IMG/VR virus record: IMGVR_UViG_3300044988_001028 | Coordinates: 4,039-68,038 of that record | Length of the DNA stretch: 64,000 bases | Reading direction: 5' to 3' (one strand) | From: a virus | Lineage: Duplodnaviria; Caudoviricetes | In this document: positions 56,100-64,000 of the stretch, piece by piece | Position numbering within the stretch: the first letter of the stretch is position 1 | Layout: each line of letters opens with the position of its first letter | Made by a program: the position numbers and the translations under genes | The notes under the pieces: generated by a model | The model's database searches: none | What the model saw: the letters and a program-made list of their open reading frames with translations, nothing else | Told to the model about the DNA's origin: nothing

Positions 56100-59000
56100 A
56101 ACATGCATTATTATCTGCAGTTTTAACAGCACCAGTATAAGTCATTTGACCAGATGCTCTAGTGCTACCAATAATTGCCGACCCAGCATACCCACTTATA
56201 TTTATATTAAATGATGTTCCTGTTGGAATCGTAATTGATGCTAAGGTTGCTGCAACTCCTCCGGGTCCAATGTTTGAAACAGAACCACTGGCAAAAGTAG
56301 TTCCACCAACAGTGATTGTGAAATTAACACTTCTAGATCCAGCAGGAAGTTCATTTGGAAGATTTGAAAAATCACTTGCACATACGAAAGCACGGAAAAC
56401 TAATTTTACCGTTAGTGGAGGCAGATAACAAATTCCTTCTTCGCAAGTTTCGCCAGCTGGACATGCATTTCCGCAAGATCCACAATTAGATGAACTTGTT
56501 TCTGTATTTGCACAAACACCAGAGCAACAAGTTTCTCCAGCAGCACAAGCGTTTCCGCAAGTTCCGCAGTTTGCTTCATCTGTTTGAAGTGCTTTGCAGA
56601 CACCATCGCAACATGTGTAGCCAGCAGCACATACAGTTCCACAAGTTCCACAGTTAGCTTCATCTGTTTGTAATGCTTTGCAAACACCAGAACAACATGT
56701 GTAACCAGCAGCACAAGTGTTTCCACAAGTTCCACAGTTTGCTTCATCTGTTTGTACGGCTTTACAAACACCAGAGCAACATGTTTCGCCAACAGCACAT
56801 TCTATTCCGCAATCACCACAATTTAATTCATCCTCATATGTCGCTTTGCAAAAGCCGTTGCAACATGTTCCGCTACAAGAGCTTCCGCATGTTCCACAAT
56901 TGCTGAGATCGGTTGCTGTGTTTCTACAAACACCAGAACAACAGGTGTAGCCAGCAGCACACTCTATTCCGCAACCTCCACAACTAGCTTCATCTGTTTG
57001 TACGGCTGTGCAAATACCACCGCAACATTCTTGACCAGCAGCACATACAGTTCCACAATTTCCGCAATTTTCTTCATCTGTTTGTACTGATTTACAAACA
57101 CCAGAGCAACATTCTTGACCAGCACCACATATAGTTTCACATGTTCCGCAATTAGCTTCATCTGTTTGGAGTGCTTTACAAACACCAGAACAACATTCTT
57201 CGCCAGCACTACAAGCGTTACCGCAAGCTCCGCAATTAGCTTCATCTGTTTGAAGTGCTTTGCAGACACCATCGCAACACTCTTGACCAGCAGCACAAGC
57301 GTTACCACAAGTTCCGCAGTTTGCTTCGTCTGTTTGTACAATTTTACAAACACCACCACAACATAGTTCGCCAGCAGCACAAGCGTTGCCACATGTTCCG
57401 CAATTAGATTCATCTGTTTGTACTGATTTACAAACACCAGAGCAACACTCTTGACCAGCACCACATACAGTTTCACAAGTTCCGCAATTAGATTCATCTG
57501 TTTGTACTGATTTACAAACACCAGAACAACATAGTTCGCCAGCAGCACAAGCGTTACCACATGTTCCGCAATTAGATTCATCTGTTTGTACTGATTTACA
57601 AACACCAGAGCAACACTCTTGACCAGCACCACATACAGTTTCACAAGTTCCGCAATTAGATTCATCTGTTTGTACTGATTTACAAACACCAGAACAACAT
57701 AGTTCGCCAGCAGCACAAGCGTTACCACATGTTCCGCAGTTAGCTTCGTCTGTTTGTACTGATTTACAAACACCAGAACAACATTCTTCGCCAGCAGCAC
57801 AAGCGTTACCACAAGCTCCGCAATTAGATTCATCTGTTTGAAGTGCTTTACAAATACCAGAACAACATTCTTCGCCAGCAGCACAAGCGTTACCACAAGT
57901 TCCGCAATTAGATTCATCTGTTTGTAATGATTTGCAAACACCAGAGCAACATTCTTGACCAGCACAAGCGTTTCCGCAAGTTCCGCAATTAAATTCATCT
58001 GTTTGGAAAGAGCTAGTGGCAATACATGAGCCATTGCAACATTCTTGACCAGCACCACAAGCGTTCCCGCAACTTCCACAATTAGATTCATCTGTTTGGA
58101 AAGAGCTAGTGGCGATACATGATCCATTGCAACATTCTTCGCCAGCAGCACAAGCGTTTCCGCAGCTTCCGCAGTTGGAACTATCAGTTTGGAAAGAGCT
58201 AGTGGCAGTACATGAGCCAGAGCAACATGCAAAATCTGGCAGACTACAACAGGCAGTTCCTTCGCAACATTCTTCTCCCACGACACATTCTGGATCACAC
58301 CCTAGATGTTTGGGTGTGCATACACCATTTATACAATGCTCGTTAACAGTACAAATTATGCCACAATCGCCACAGTTATTTTTGTCAGCGCCCATTACTG
58401 GTATGCATAAGTTTTCAACTCCATCAAAGCAACATTTCGTTCCCGCAGCACAAGCATTGCCACAACTAATACAGTTTTCGTCTGTTCCAAGATCGGTGCA
58501 AGTTAGATTTGGAGGCGTACCACAACATCCCTGACCTTCGGTACATGCAGTAGGACAAGTTCCGCATTGGTTTTCGATACATACGCCAGAGCAACATGTT
58601 TCGCCAGCAGCACAAGTTACTCCGCAATCGCCGCAGTTAGATTCGTCATCGCCCATCACCTCTGTGCAATCACCATCACAACATTTTTCACCAGCATCAC
58701 ATGTTCTTCCGCACCCTCCGCAGTTGAATTCATCAGAAGGTGTGCAGTTATTGTTGCAACAGAGTGGTTCAAGGACAGTACATACTCTTCCGCATTGTCC
58801 GCAATCAGCTGGAGTGTTTAGAACTTTGCAGCTGCCATTGCAACATTCCGAAACTCCAGTGCATTTTATACCGCAACCGCCGCAATTGTCATTGTCTGTG
58901 TTGGTATTTTTACATGAGCTATTACAGCATGTCTCTCCTGCGGCACAAACATTTGGACATGATCCGCAATGATTTTCATCGGTTTTTGTGTTAACACATG

Positions 59001-62000
59001 TATCGTCTGGAAAATCTCCGCAACATGTAAATCCAGTAGCACATGATCCGCCACAAGGTGCGCATGGAGGAAAATGTTGAGATCCGTCTTCGTGTACAGT
59101 TGGACAACCACCAGTACACATGTTTCCTCCTAAGTGGGTATCATCACAACAACTATATTGATATGCTTCGCCCGGGTTATTCCACCATGCGTAGCATATT
59201 CCTCCCATTCCAAATGGAGCAGGGCATATGTAAGAACTAGGATTTTCATAGTCTAAATAAAAACATCCAGCACAAGGTCCTTCTCCAGAAGAGCAGGTTC
59301 CCTGCGAAGGGCAAGGATATCCGAATGTTTCTGCAAATGCTCCACTGCATCCCGGAAAGTTGCAGGAATCGTAGCATTCACAGGAAATTAATTCCCATTG
59401 CAATGCACCTACATTTCCTACTGCCTTATATGAGCAGCCACCATAGCAACTCTTCGCAGGTACAGCTGCTCCTGAAGAACCGACAGATCCGCATGAATCA
59501 TAAGTGCATGGTATGGTCGTTCGTTGACCCCATGAGGTTGGTGCAGATCCCAACAAACTAGCCTGTTGTGCTTCTGTCGGAAGCTTGCATGTTCCACATG
59601 GCACACATTCACCATCCTTGCACTTCGTAGTTGGTGCAGCTCCGGGTTCTGGACATTCAGTGCCATTATCTATTGGTGTTGAAACAGGAGGAAGTGGGTC
59701 GCCATTTCCATCTTCTCCCGGAGATAACATGGCTGTAGGCGTGTTGCACGGTTGGTTGCAACCACCGCAGTGGTTGTTGTCTGTCTGTGGGTTCACGGGA
59801 CCGGAAGTTGGAGGACCGACATCTCCATATTGATTAGGCGCTGGATATGTCGGGCAGCAAATTTGAGGATCGGCAACTCTGACACCACAAGCACCACAGT
59901 TGTCGTTGTCAGTCAAAAGGCTTACGATCTCGCCCTCGCAGCATTTCTCCTGCACTTGATCGGATGTGTCCGCTACATTTCCGCAACCACCACAGTTATT
60001 GTCGTCCGTGTTCGTGCTGGCAAGAATAAAAGTTGATTCGTCTGGCGCACCATCAACAACAACTACTTGCGGACAGCAAGATGTAGGGTTTGTCGCATTG
60101 TCGGGATCGGCTGTGTCGCCGCAACTCAAGCAATTTTCATTCGTGCCACTTGCCGTAGGAACTCCATCGCAACAAAGGTCTTCAGCCACGACTTCGCATC
60201 CGCCGCAGTTTCCCACATCGTCCATTACATCTATGCATGAACCATCGCAGCATTTCTCTGTTGCCGAACAAGCGTCACCACAACTAGCACAATCTGTTTC
60301 GGTTCTTGCTGTAGGAGTTCCATCACAGCAAAGATCTTCGGCTACGACTCCGCAACCACCGCAGTTCGCCACATCATCCATCACATCTATGCATGAACCA
60401 TCGCAGCATTTTTCTGTTGCCGAACAAGCGTCACCGCAATCGGAACAGTTGGTTTCGGTTCCTAGTTGGGTGCATTCGTCTACATTACAACACTTTTGTC
60501 CATCTGGACATGCGTTCGGACAAGGTCCACATGCGTTCGCTATGCATCCAGAAGCACCGCAGCATTTCTCGTCTGGAAAACACACAGGGTTACACAACGC
60601 ACAGTGTCCAGTTCCATCGCAGTATTGATCTCCGGTGCAACATGTTGCACTACTTCCAGAACCACAGCATTCTTTTCCCGGATCGCAACAATTAGGACCG
60701 CAGCAGGTTTGTCCAGCGGTACATTCGCATGTGGTGCATGCTCCATCTTCTCCGCAAAAATCGGTATCTGCACAACATCCATCATTACAGCAAACCTTGC
60801 AGCATGTCGTTCCTCCCTCGCAGCACGATTCGTCTTCGGCACATGGAGAAGGGCAACCTGTACAAACTCCGTCTTTGCAAGTCTCATCAGAGGCACAAGG
60901 ACCGCCACCACAACCACCGCAATTGGCACTGTCAGTTTGCGTGTCCACGCATTCCGTATTACAACAGGTCAATCCGTTTGGGCAAGGATTTGGATCGCAT
61001 TCACTTCCATCCCCGCTGCAACCGGCTGCACAGTTCTCTGCTCCGATGTAAGATCCTACTAGTGCTTGTGATACAGGGTCAAACGATGCTTTTGGTATAC
61101 AGTAAGTTGGCATATCTTGTCCTTCTATGGGTTTTACGCAATAATATATATCTCCAACACAGGCATATTTGTCATCAACGCAATATGTGTAATCTGGTTC
61201 TTTTCCGCAGGTACCAGAAAATCCAGTTCCGCCCGGCTCTTCATACAGAACCCATCCTCCGCCTACAGCATTGAAATAACAAGATCCTTCACAGCTTGCC
61301 GTGTTTCCAACGCATGAAGCCACGAAAGCGACATCGTCCGGTCCGGGGAATGGAGGCATTCCAGCTTCATATCCCTGACACTCGCATTCTGGTTCCGCAC
61401 AGTTTCCCAAGAAACATTTTGGAACTGTAAATGTGTCGCCGGGAGGTTCTTGACATACATTTCCACAACCACCGCAGTTTTCTGGATCAGTTTTTAGGTT
61501 TTTACACTGACCATTGCAGCACTGCCACAGATTGATCTGGTTGATCATTTGCGGACACTCGATTCCGCAACCTCCACAATTAGCTTCATCTGTTTGAGTG
61601 TCTTTGCAAACACCACCGCAGCACTCGCCAGAACAAGGAACTCCACAACCACCGCAATTGCTCTCGTCAGACCATATGTCGATGCATGAATTGTTGCAAC
61701 AAGCGGTTCCAGCTTCTAGACATGGAGGGTTGCATGCCAAGCAAACACCATTTACGCAAGAGTGTCCTCCGACACAAACAGTTCCGCAATTTCCGCAGTT
61801 GTTGTTGTCGGTTTGCGTGTTTGTGCAATTCGTGCCAAAGCAACAGGTGTTTTCGGCAGGGCAGCAATTGCCGTTGCAACAGGATGGATTGATGCCAGTG
61901 CAGACATTTCCGCAAGCTCCGCAATTGTTTACGGAAACTGCTAAAGGTCTGCATTCGCCATTGCAACATTGAATGTTGAGACCGGGATCGTTGCCACACA

Positions 62001-63831
62001 CAAAGTCGCAAGCTCCGCAATTTGTTCTATCCGATAACACATCCCTACATCTAGCAGTGCCATCGCAACACAATTGCCCTTCCACACATGCGGGAAGACA
62101 ACACCAATCGGCACACTCGCCATCACAGCACACTTGATCTTCTCCGCAGAAATTTCCACATTCTCCGCAGTGATTTGGATCATTCATCACATCCGAGCAG
62201 ACTTCTTCCCCTCCAAACATGCAGCATCGGTTGTTTCTTTCGGAGCCAAAAGTTCCGCAACATTCGCCATTGCAACAGACTTCTCCAACTTCATCACTCA
62301 CTCCGGGTGGTTCGCATATTGTTCCACAATCTCCGCAATTTTCGACATCAACCAATGTGTTTTTGCACTCACCATCACAGCAGTCTTGGTCGGGATCGCA
62401 TGGGGGAAAGCAACTGACGCATTCGTGGGTGACAACTTGACCATTTGTCGTTCCGTCTGCTGTCGGAGCTTCTTCTGGACAGTTGCATCCCTGTGGACAT
62501 GTTGAAGTCTGAGACCATGACCCACCTTCTGTTGGCGGAGGAGGGCATTCGCAAAAAGTGTCATATTGATAGGTGGAACACATATCATCTGGAATAAAAT
62601 CTGGATATGGCGTGTTGCAACCCGATGGACATATGTCTGTGGTATTCCATCCATCTGGAGTTGGAGGACATGGGTCTGGAGGAGTCCAATCCCAATGTAC
62701 AGGAATAGTGTCGCAAGTTTCTGGAAGGCACTGACCACATGGTTCGAGAGCTTCCGGTGGAGACCATATCTTATATTCGGCACCAAGACATGTTGGACGA
62801 CCTTGTAATTCTTCAGGTTGGCAACAAGTGGAATCTCCAGTCGAACAATTTTCGTCTGTTGGCACAAGACTAGTCAAGTAATAACCTAACTGAGCATTTC
62901 CATTACTAGGATCGTTAGCAAGGCAGGTGTAAGTTTTACAGCAACCAGTGAGAATGGGATCACCATTCCAAGTCCAAGAGCATTCATTCAACGCACAAGG
63001 GTCTTTACAAAGTCCATCCTTGCATATTTCGCCAAATGCACAAGCCCGTCCGCAAGCTCCGCAGTTCGATGTGTCGGAACCCATAACATCAATGCAAGAA
63101 CCAGAGCAGCAGCTTTCTGAAGGTTCACAAGTGATGCCACAACCACCGCAGTTCGTAGTATCTGTTTGAAACGATATTGTGAGTAAGCATTCTTCATTGC
63201 AGCATGTTTCATCATTTTCGCATACATTGTTGCATGTTCCGCAATGATTAGGATTGCCTATTACGCAAGTAAGGATGTCATCAACGAAACAACAAGAATC
63301 TGTTGTACAGCACTCGCCATTGCAGCAAATTGGCGTTGCTTCAGGGCAAACATTTCCGCAACTATTACAATTATTGCTGTCTTCATATATGTTTTTGCAT
63401 TCGCCAGCACAGCAGTCTTGATCTGGACCGCAAGCTATGGGGCAACCTCCACAATGGTCATGATTTGTTTGTGTGTCTACGCAAACATTGTCGCAGCATG
63501 TCTCTGAAGGTTCGCATGTGACCCCACCACAATTACAACAGGTTCCAGAGCATTCGACTTGAACTATACCTTCGCAGCATCCGACTAGGGTTGAATTAGA
63601 TCCTTCGAAGTCAGGATCGCATGGAGGGGGGTTTGTCGGCAATCCGGGAGGCGGAGAAGATGAGCATCCTTCTGGACAAGGAACAGTCAGAACCCATTGA
63701 ACATTGTCAAGTGGTCCGCCACATTTTCTCGGATCCCAAACTACAGCTTCATAAGAAGCAGAGTATCCGCAAGCTTTGTCGGCAAGTGCAAAAACTATAT
63801 CCCATTTTTCCACCAGTTTTGGATCTATCAT
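56098..63831 (-). CDS. Giant (2577 aa) Cys-rich repeat protein (Stig1-like C..D..NCG.CG..C..G..CC.G.C repeats)
   Basis: Dozens of 6-Cys repeats and a short beta-rich C-terminal domain; ATGA overlap with the upstream gene. Confidence 0.85.
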   Translation of the reverse strand: MIDPKLVEKWDIVFALADKACGYSASYEAVVWDPRKCGGPLDNVQWVLTVPCPEGCSSSPPPGLPTNPPPCDPDFEGSNSTLVGCCEGIVQVECSGTCCNCGGVTCEPSETCCDNVCVDTQTNHDHCGGCPIACGPDQDCCAGECKNIYEDSNNCNSCGNVCPEATPICCNGECCTTDSCCFVDDILTCVIGNPNHCGTCNNVCENDETCCNEECLLTISFQTDTTNCGGCGITCEPSESCCSGSCIDVMGSDTSNCGACGRACAFGEICKDGLCKDPCALNECSWTWNGDPILTGCCKTYTCLANDPSNGNAQLGYYLTSLVPTDENCSTGDSTCCQPEELQGRPTCLGAEYKIWSPPEALEPCGQCLPETCDTIPVHWDWTPPDPCPPTPDGWNTTDICPSGCNTPYPDFIPDDMCSTYQYDTFCECPPPPTEGGSWSQTSTCPQGCNCPEEAPTADGTTNGQVVTHECVSCFPPCDPDQDCCDGECKNTLVDVENCGDCGTICEPPGVSDEVGEVCCNGECCGTFGSERNNRCCMFGGEEVCSDVMNDPNHCGECGNFCGEDQVCCDGECADWCCLPACVEGQLCCDGTARCRDVLSDRTNCGACDFVCGNDPGLNIQCCNGECRPLAVSVNNCGACGNVCTGINPSCCNGNCCPAENTCCFGTNCTNTQTDNNNCGNCGTVCVGGHSCVNGVCLACNPPCLEAGTACCNNSCIDIWSDESNCGGCGVPCSGECCGGVCKDTQTDEANCGGCGIECPQMINQINLWQCCNGQCKNLKTDPENCGGCGNVCQEPPGDTFTVPKCFLGNCAEPECECQGYEAGMPPFPGPDDVAFVASCVGNTASCEGSCYFNAVGGGWVLYEEPGGTGFSGTCGKEPDYTYCVDDKYACVGDIYYCVKPIEGQDMPTYCIPKASFDPVSQALVGSYIGAENCAAGCSGDGSECDPNPCPNGLTCCNTECVDTQTDSANCGGCGGGPCASDETCKDGVCTGCPSPCAEDESCCEGGTTCCKVCCNDGCCADTDFCGEDGACTTCECTAGQTCCGPNCCDPGKECCGSGSSATCCTGDQYCDGTGHCALCNPVCFPDEKCCGASGCIANACGPCPNACPDGQKCCNVDECTQLGTETNCSDCGDACSATEKCCDGSCIDVMDDVANCGGCGVVAEDLCCDGTPTARTETDCASCGDACSATEKCCDGSCIDVMDDVGNCGGCEVVAEDLCCDGVPTASGTNENCLSCGDTADPDNATNPTSCCPQVVVVDGAPDESTFILASTNTDDNNCGGCGNVADTSDQVQEKCCEGEIVSLLTDNDNCGACGVRVADPQICCPTYPAPNQYGDVGPPTSGPVNPQTDNNHCGGCNQPCNTPTAMLSPGEDGNGDPLPPVSTPIDNGTECPEPGAAPTTKCKDGECVPCGTCKLPTEAQQASLLGSAPTSWGQRTTIPCTYDSCGSVGSSGAAVPAKSCYGGCSYKAVGNVGALQWELISCECYDSCNFPGCSGAFAETFGYPCPSQGTCSSGEGPCAGCFYLDYENPSSYICPAPFGMGGICYAWWNNPGEAYQYSCCDDTHLGGNMCTGGCPTVHEDGSQHFPPCAPCGGSCATGFTCCGDFPDDTCVNTKTDENHCGSCPNVCAAGETCCNSSCKNTNTDNDNCGGCGIKCTGVSECCNGSCKVLNTPADCGQCGRVCTVLEPLCCNNNCTPSDEFNCGGCGRTCDAGEKCCDGDCTEVMGDDESNCGDCGVTCAAGETCCSGVCIENQCGTCPTACTEGQGCCGTPPNLTCTDLGTDENCISCGNACAAGTKCCFDGVENLCIPVMGADKNNCGDCGIICTVNEHCINGVCTPKHLGCDPECVVGEECCEGTACCSLPDFACCSGSCTATSSFQTDSSNCGSCGNACAAGEECCNGSCIATSSFQTDESNCGSCGNACGAGQECCNGSCIATSSFQTDEFNCGTCGNACAGQECCSGVCKSLQTDESNCGTCGNACAAGEECCSGICKALQTDESNCGACGNACAAGEECCSGVCKSVQTDEANCGTCGNACAAGELCCSGVCKSVQTDESNCGTCETVCGAGQECCSGVCKSVQTDESNCGTCGNACAAGELCCSGVCKSVQTDESNCGTCETVCGAGQECCSGVCKSVQTDESNCGTCGNACAAGELCCGGVCKIVQTDEANCGTCGNACAAGQECCDGVCKALQTDEANCGACGNACSAGEECCSGVCKALQTDEANCGTCETICGAGQECCSGVCKSVQTDEENCGNCGTVCAAGQECCGGICTAVQTDEASCGGCGIECAAGYTCCSGVCRNTATDLSNCGTCGSSCSGTCCNGFCKATYEDELNCGDCGIECAVGETCCSGVCKAVQTDEANCGTCGNTCAAGYTCCSGVCKALQTDEANCGTCGTVCAAGYTCCDGVCKALQTDEANCGTCGNACAAGETCCSGVCANTETSSSNCGSCGNACPAGETCEEGICYLPPLTVKLVFRAFVCASDFSNLPNELPAGSRSVNFTITVGGTTFASGSVSNIGPGGVAATLASITIPTGTSFNINISGYAGSAIIGSTRASGQMTYTGAVKTADNNAC
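56440..58230 (-). repeat. 84-nt coding tandem array with 168-nt higher-order units
   Basis: tactgatttacaaacacc recurs at 57421, 57505 and 57589; alternating CGNACAAGELCC / CETVCGAGQECC units. Confidence 0.9.
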
Positions 63832-64000
63832 TTTGGTTCCACCTTTTCAGATGGGTTTTTGTTATGCACTTTCTGCGATGCCAATATTTGGTCTGGAATA
63901 ACCTTGAATCTCAACTTGTGAGACTTAAATATTTCGGCAACTTCATCTTTCTTGGATGGATCTATTTCCTTATTAGATACGATTTCTATGAAGTCGATTC
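63828..64000 (-). CDS. 3' end of a hypothetical gene entering from the right edge
   Basis: Open frame ...IDFIEIVSNKEIDPSKKDE...VEPK* whose stop overlaps the ATG at 63831. Confidence 0.55.
   Translation of the reverse strand, partial: IDFIEIVSNKEIDPSKKDEVAEIFKSHKLRFKVIPDQILASQKVHNKNPSEKVEPK

Noticed and set aside
56400-63520. Many overlapping ORFs on both strands within the Cys-rich gene (e.g. 56964..58298)
   Set aside because: Frame shadows of the repeat array.

Overview
This 64-kb window looks like part of a large (jumbo-type) T4-like dsDNA phage genome. It is AT-rich and gene-dense, with T4-late-like TATAAATA motifs; RimI, ThyX and PrkA sequences resemble Planctomycetota homologues from memory. 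1-13.8 kb (minus strand): virion-fibre module of modular Gly-X-Thr collagen-like proteins, RCC1 and discoidin-like domains, three sulfotransferase-like proteins and a 2OG-Fe(II) oxygenase. 13.8-44.7 kb: replication/recombination and metabolism (UvsW, short PolA-family polymerase, gp55-like sigma, gp41 helicase, UvsY, gp32, UvsX, Ski2/Hel308 helicase, dNMP kinase, dCMP deaminase, ThyX, Glf, HldE, glycosyltransferase, amidoligase). 45.4-52.8 kb: complete prkA-yeaH-spoVR operon, with two LAGLIDADG inteins in SpoVR. Then a free-standing HNH endonuclease, an N-terminal DnaE fragment and a 2577-aa Cys-rich repeat protein. Most notable: (1) the dnaE start is interrupted by a 7-nt UAG-containing insert inside a ~26-bp hairpin that also buries the SD and ATG, a candidate ribosomal bypass or recoding site; (2) a ~400-nt multi-stem non-coding RNA candidate with its own sigma70 and late promoters, upstream of the short PolA; (3) at least seven ORFs share a T4-like capsid-targeting N-terminus. 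All calls come from motif recognition by eye; no searches or folding programs were run.
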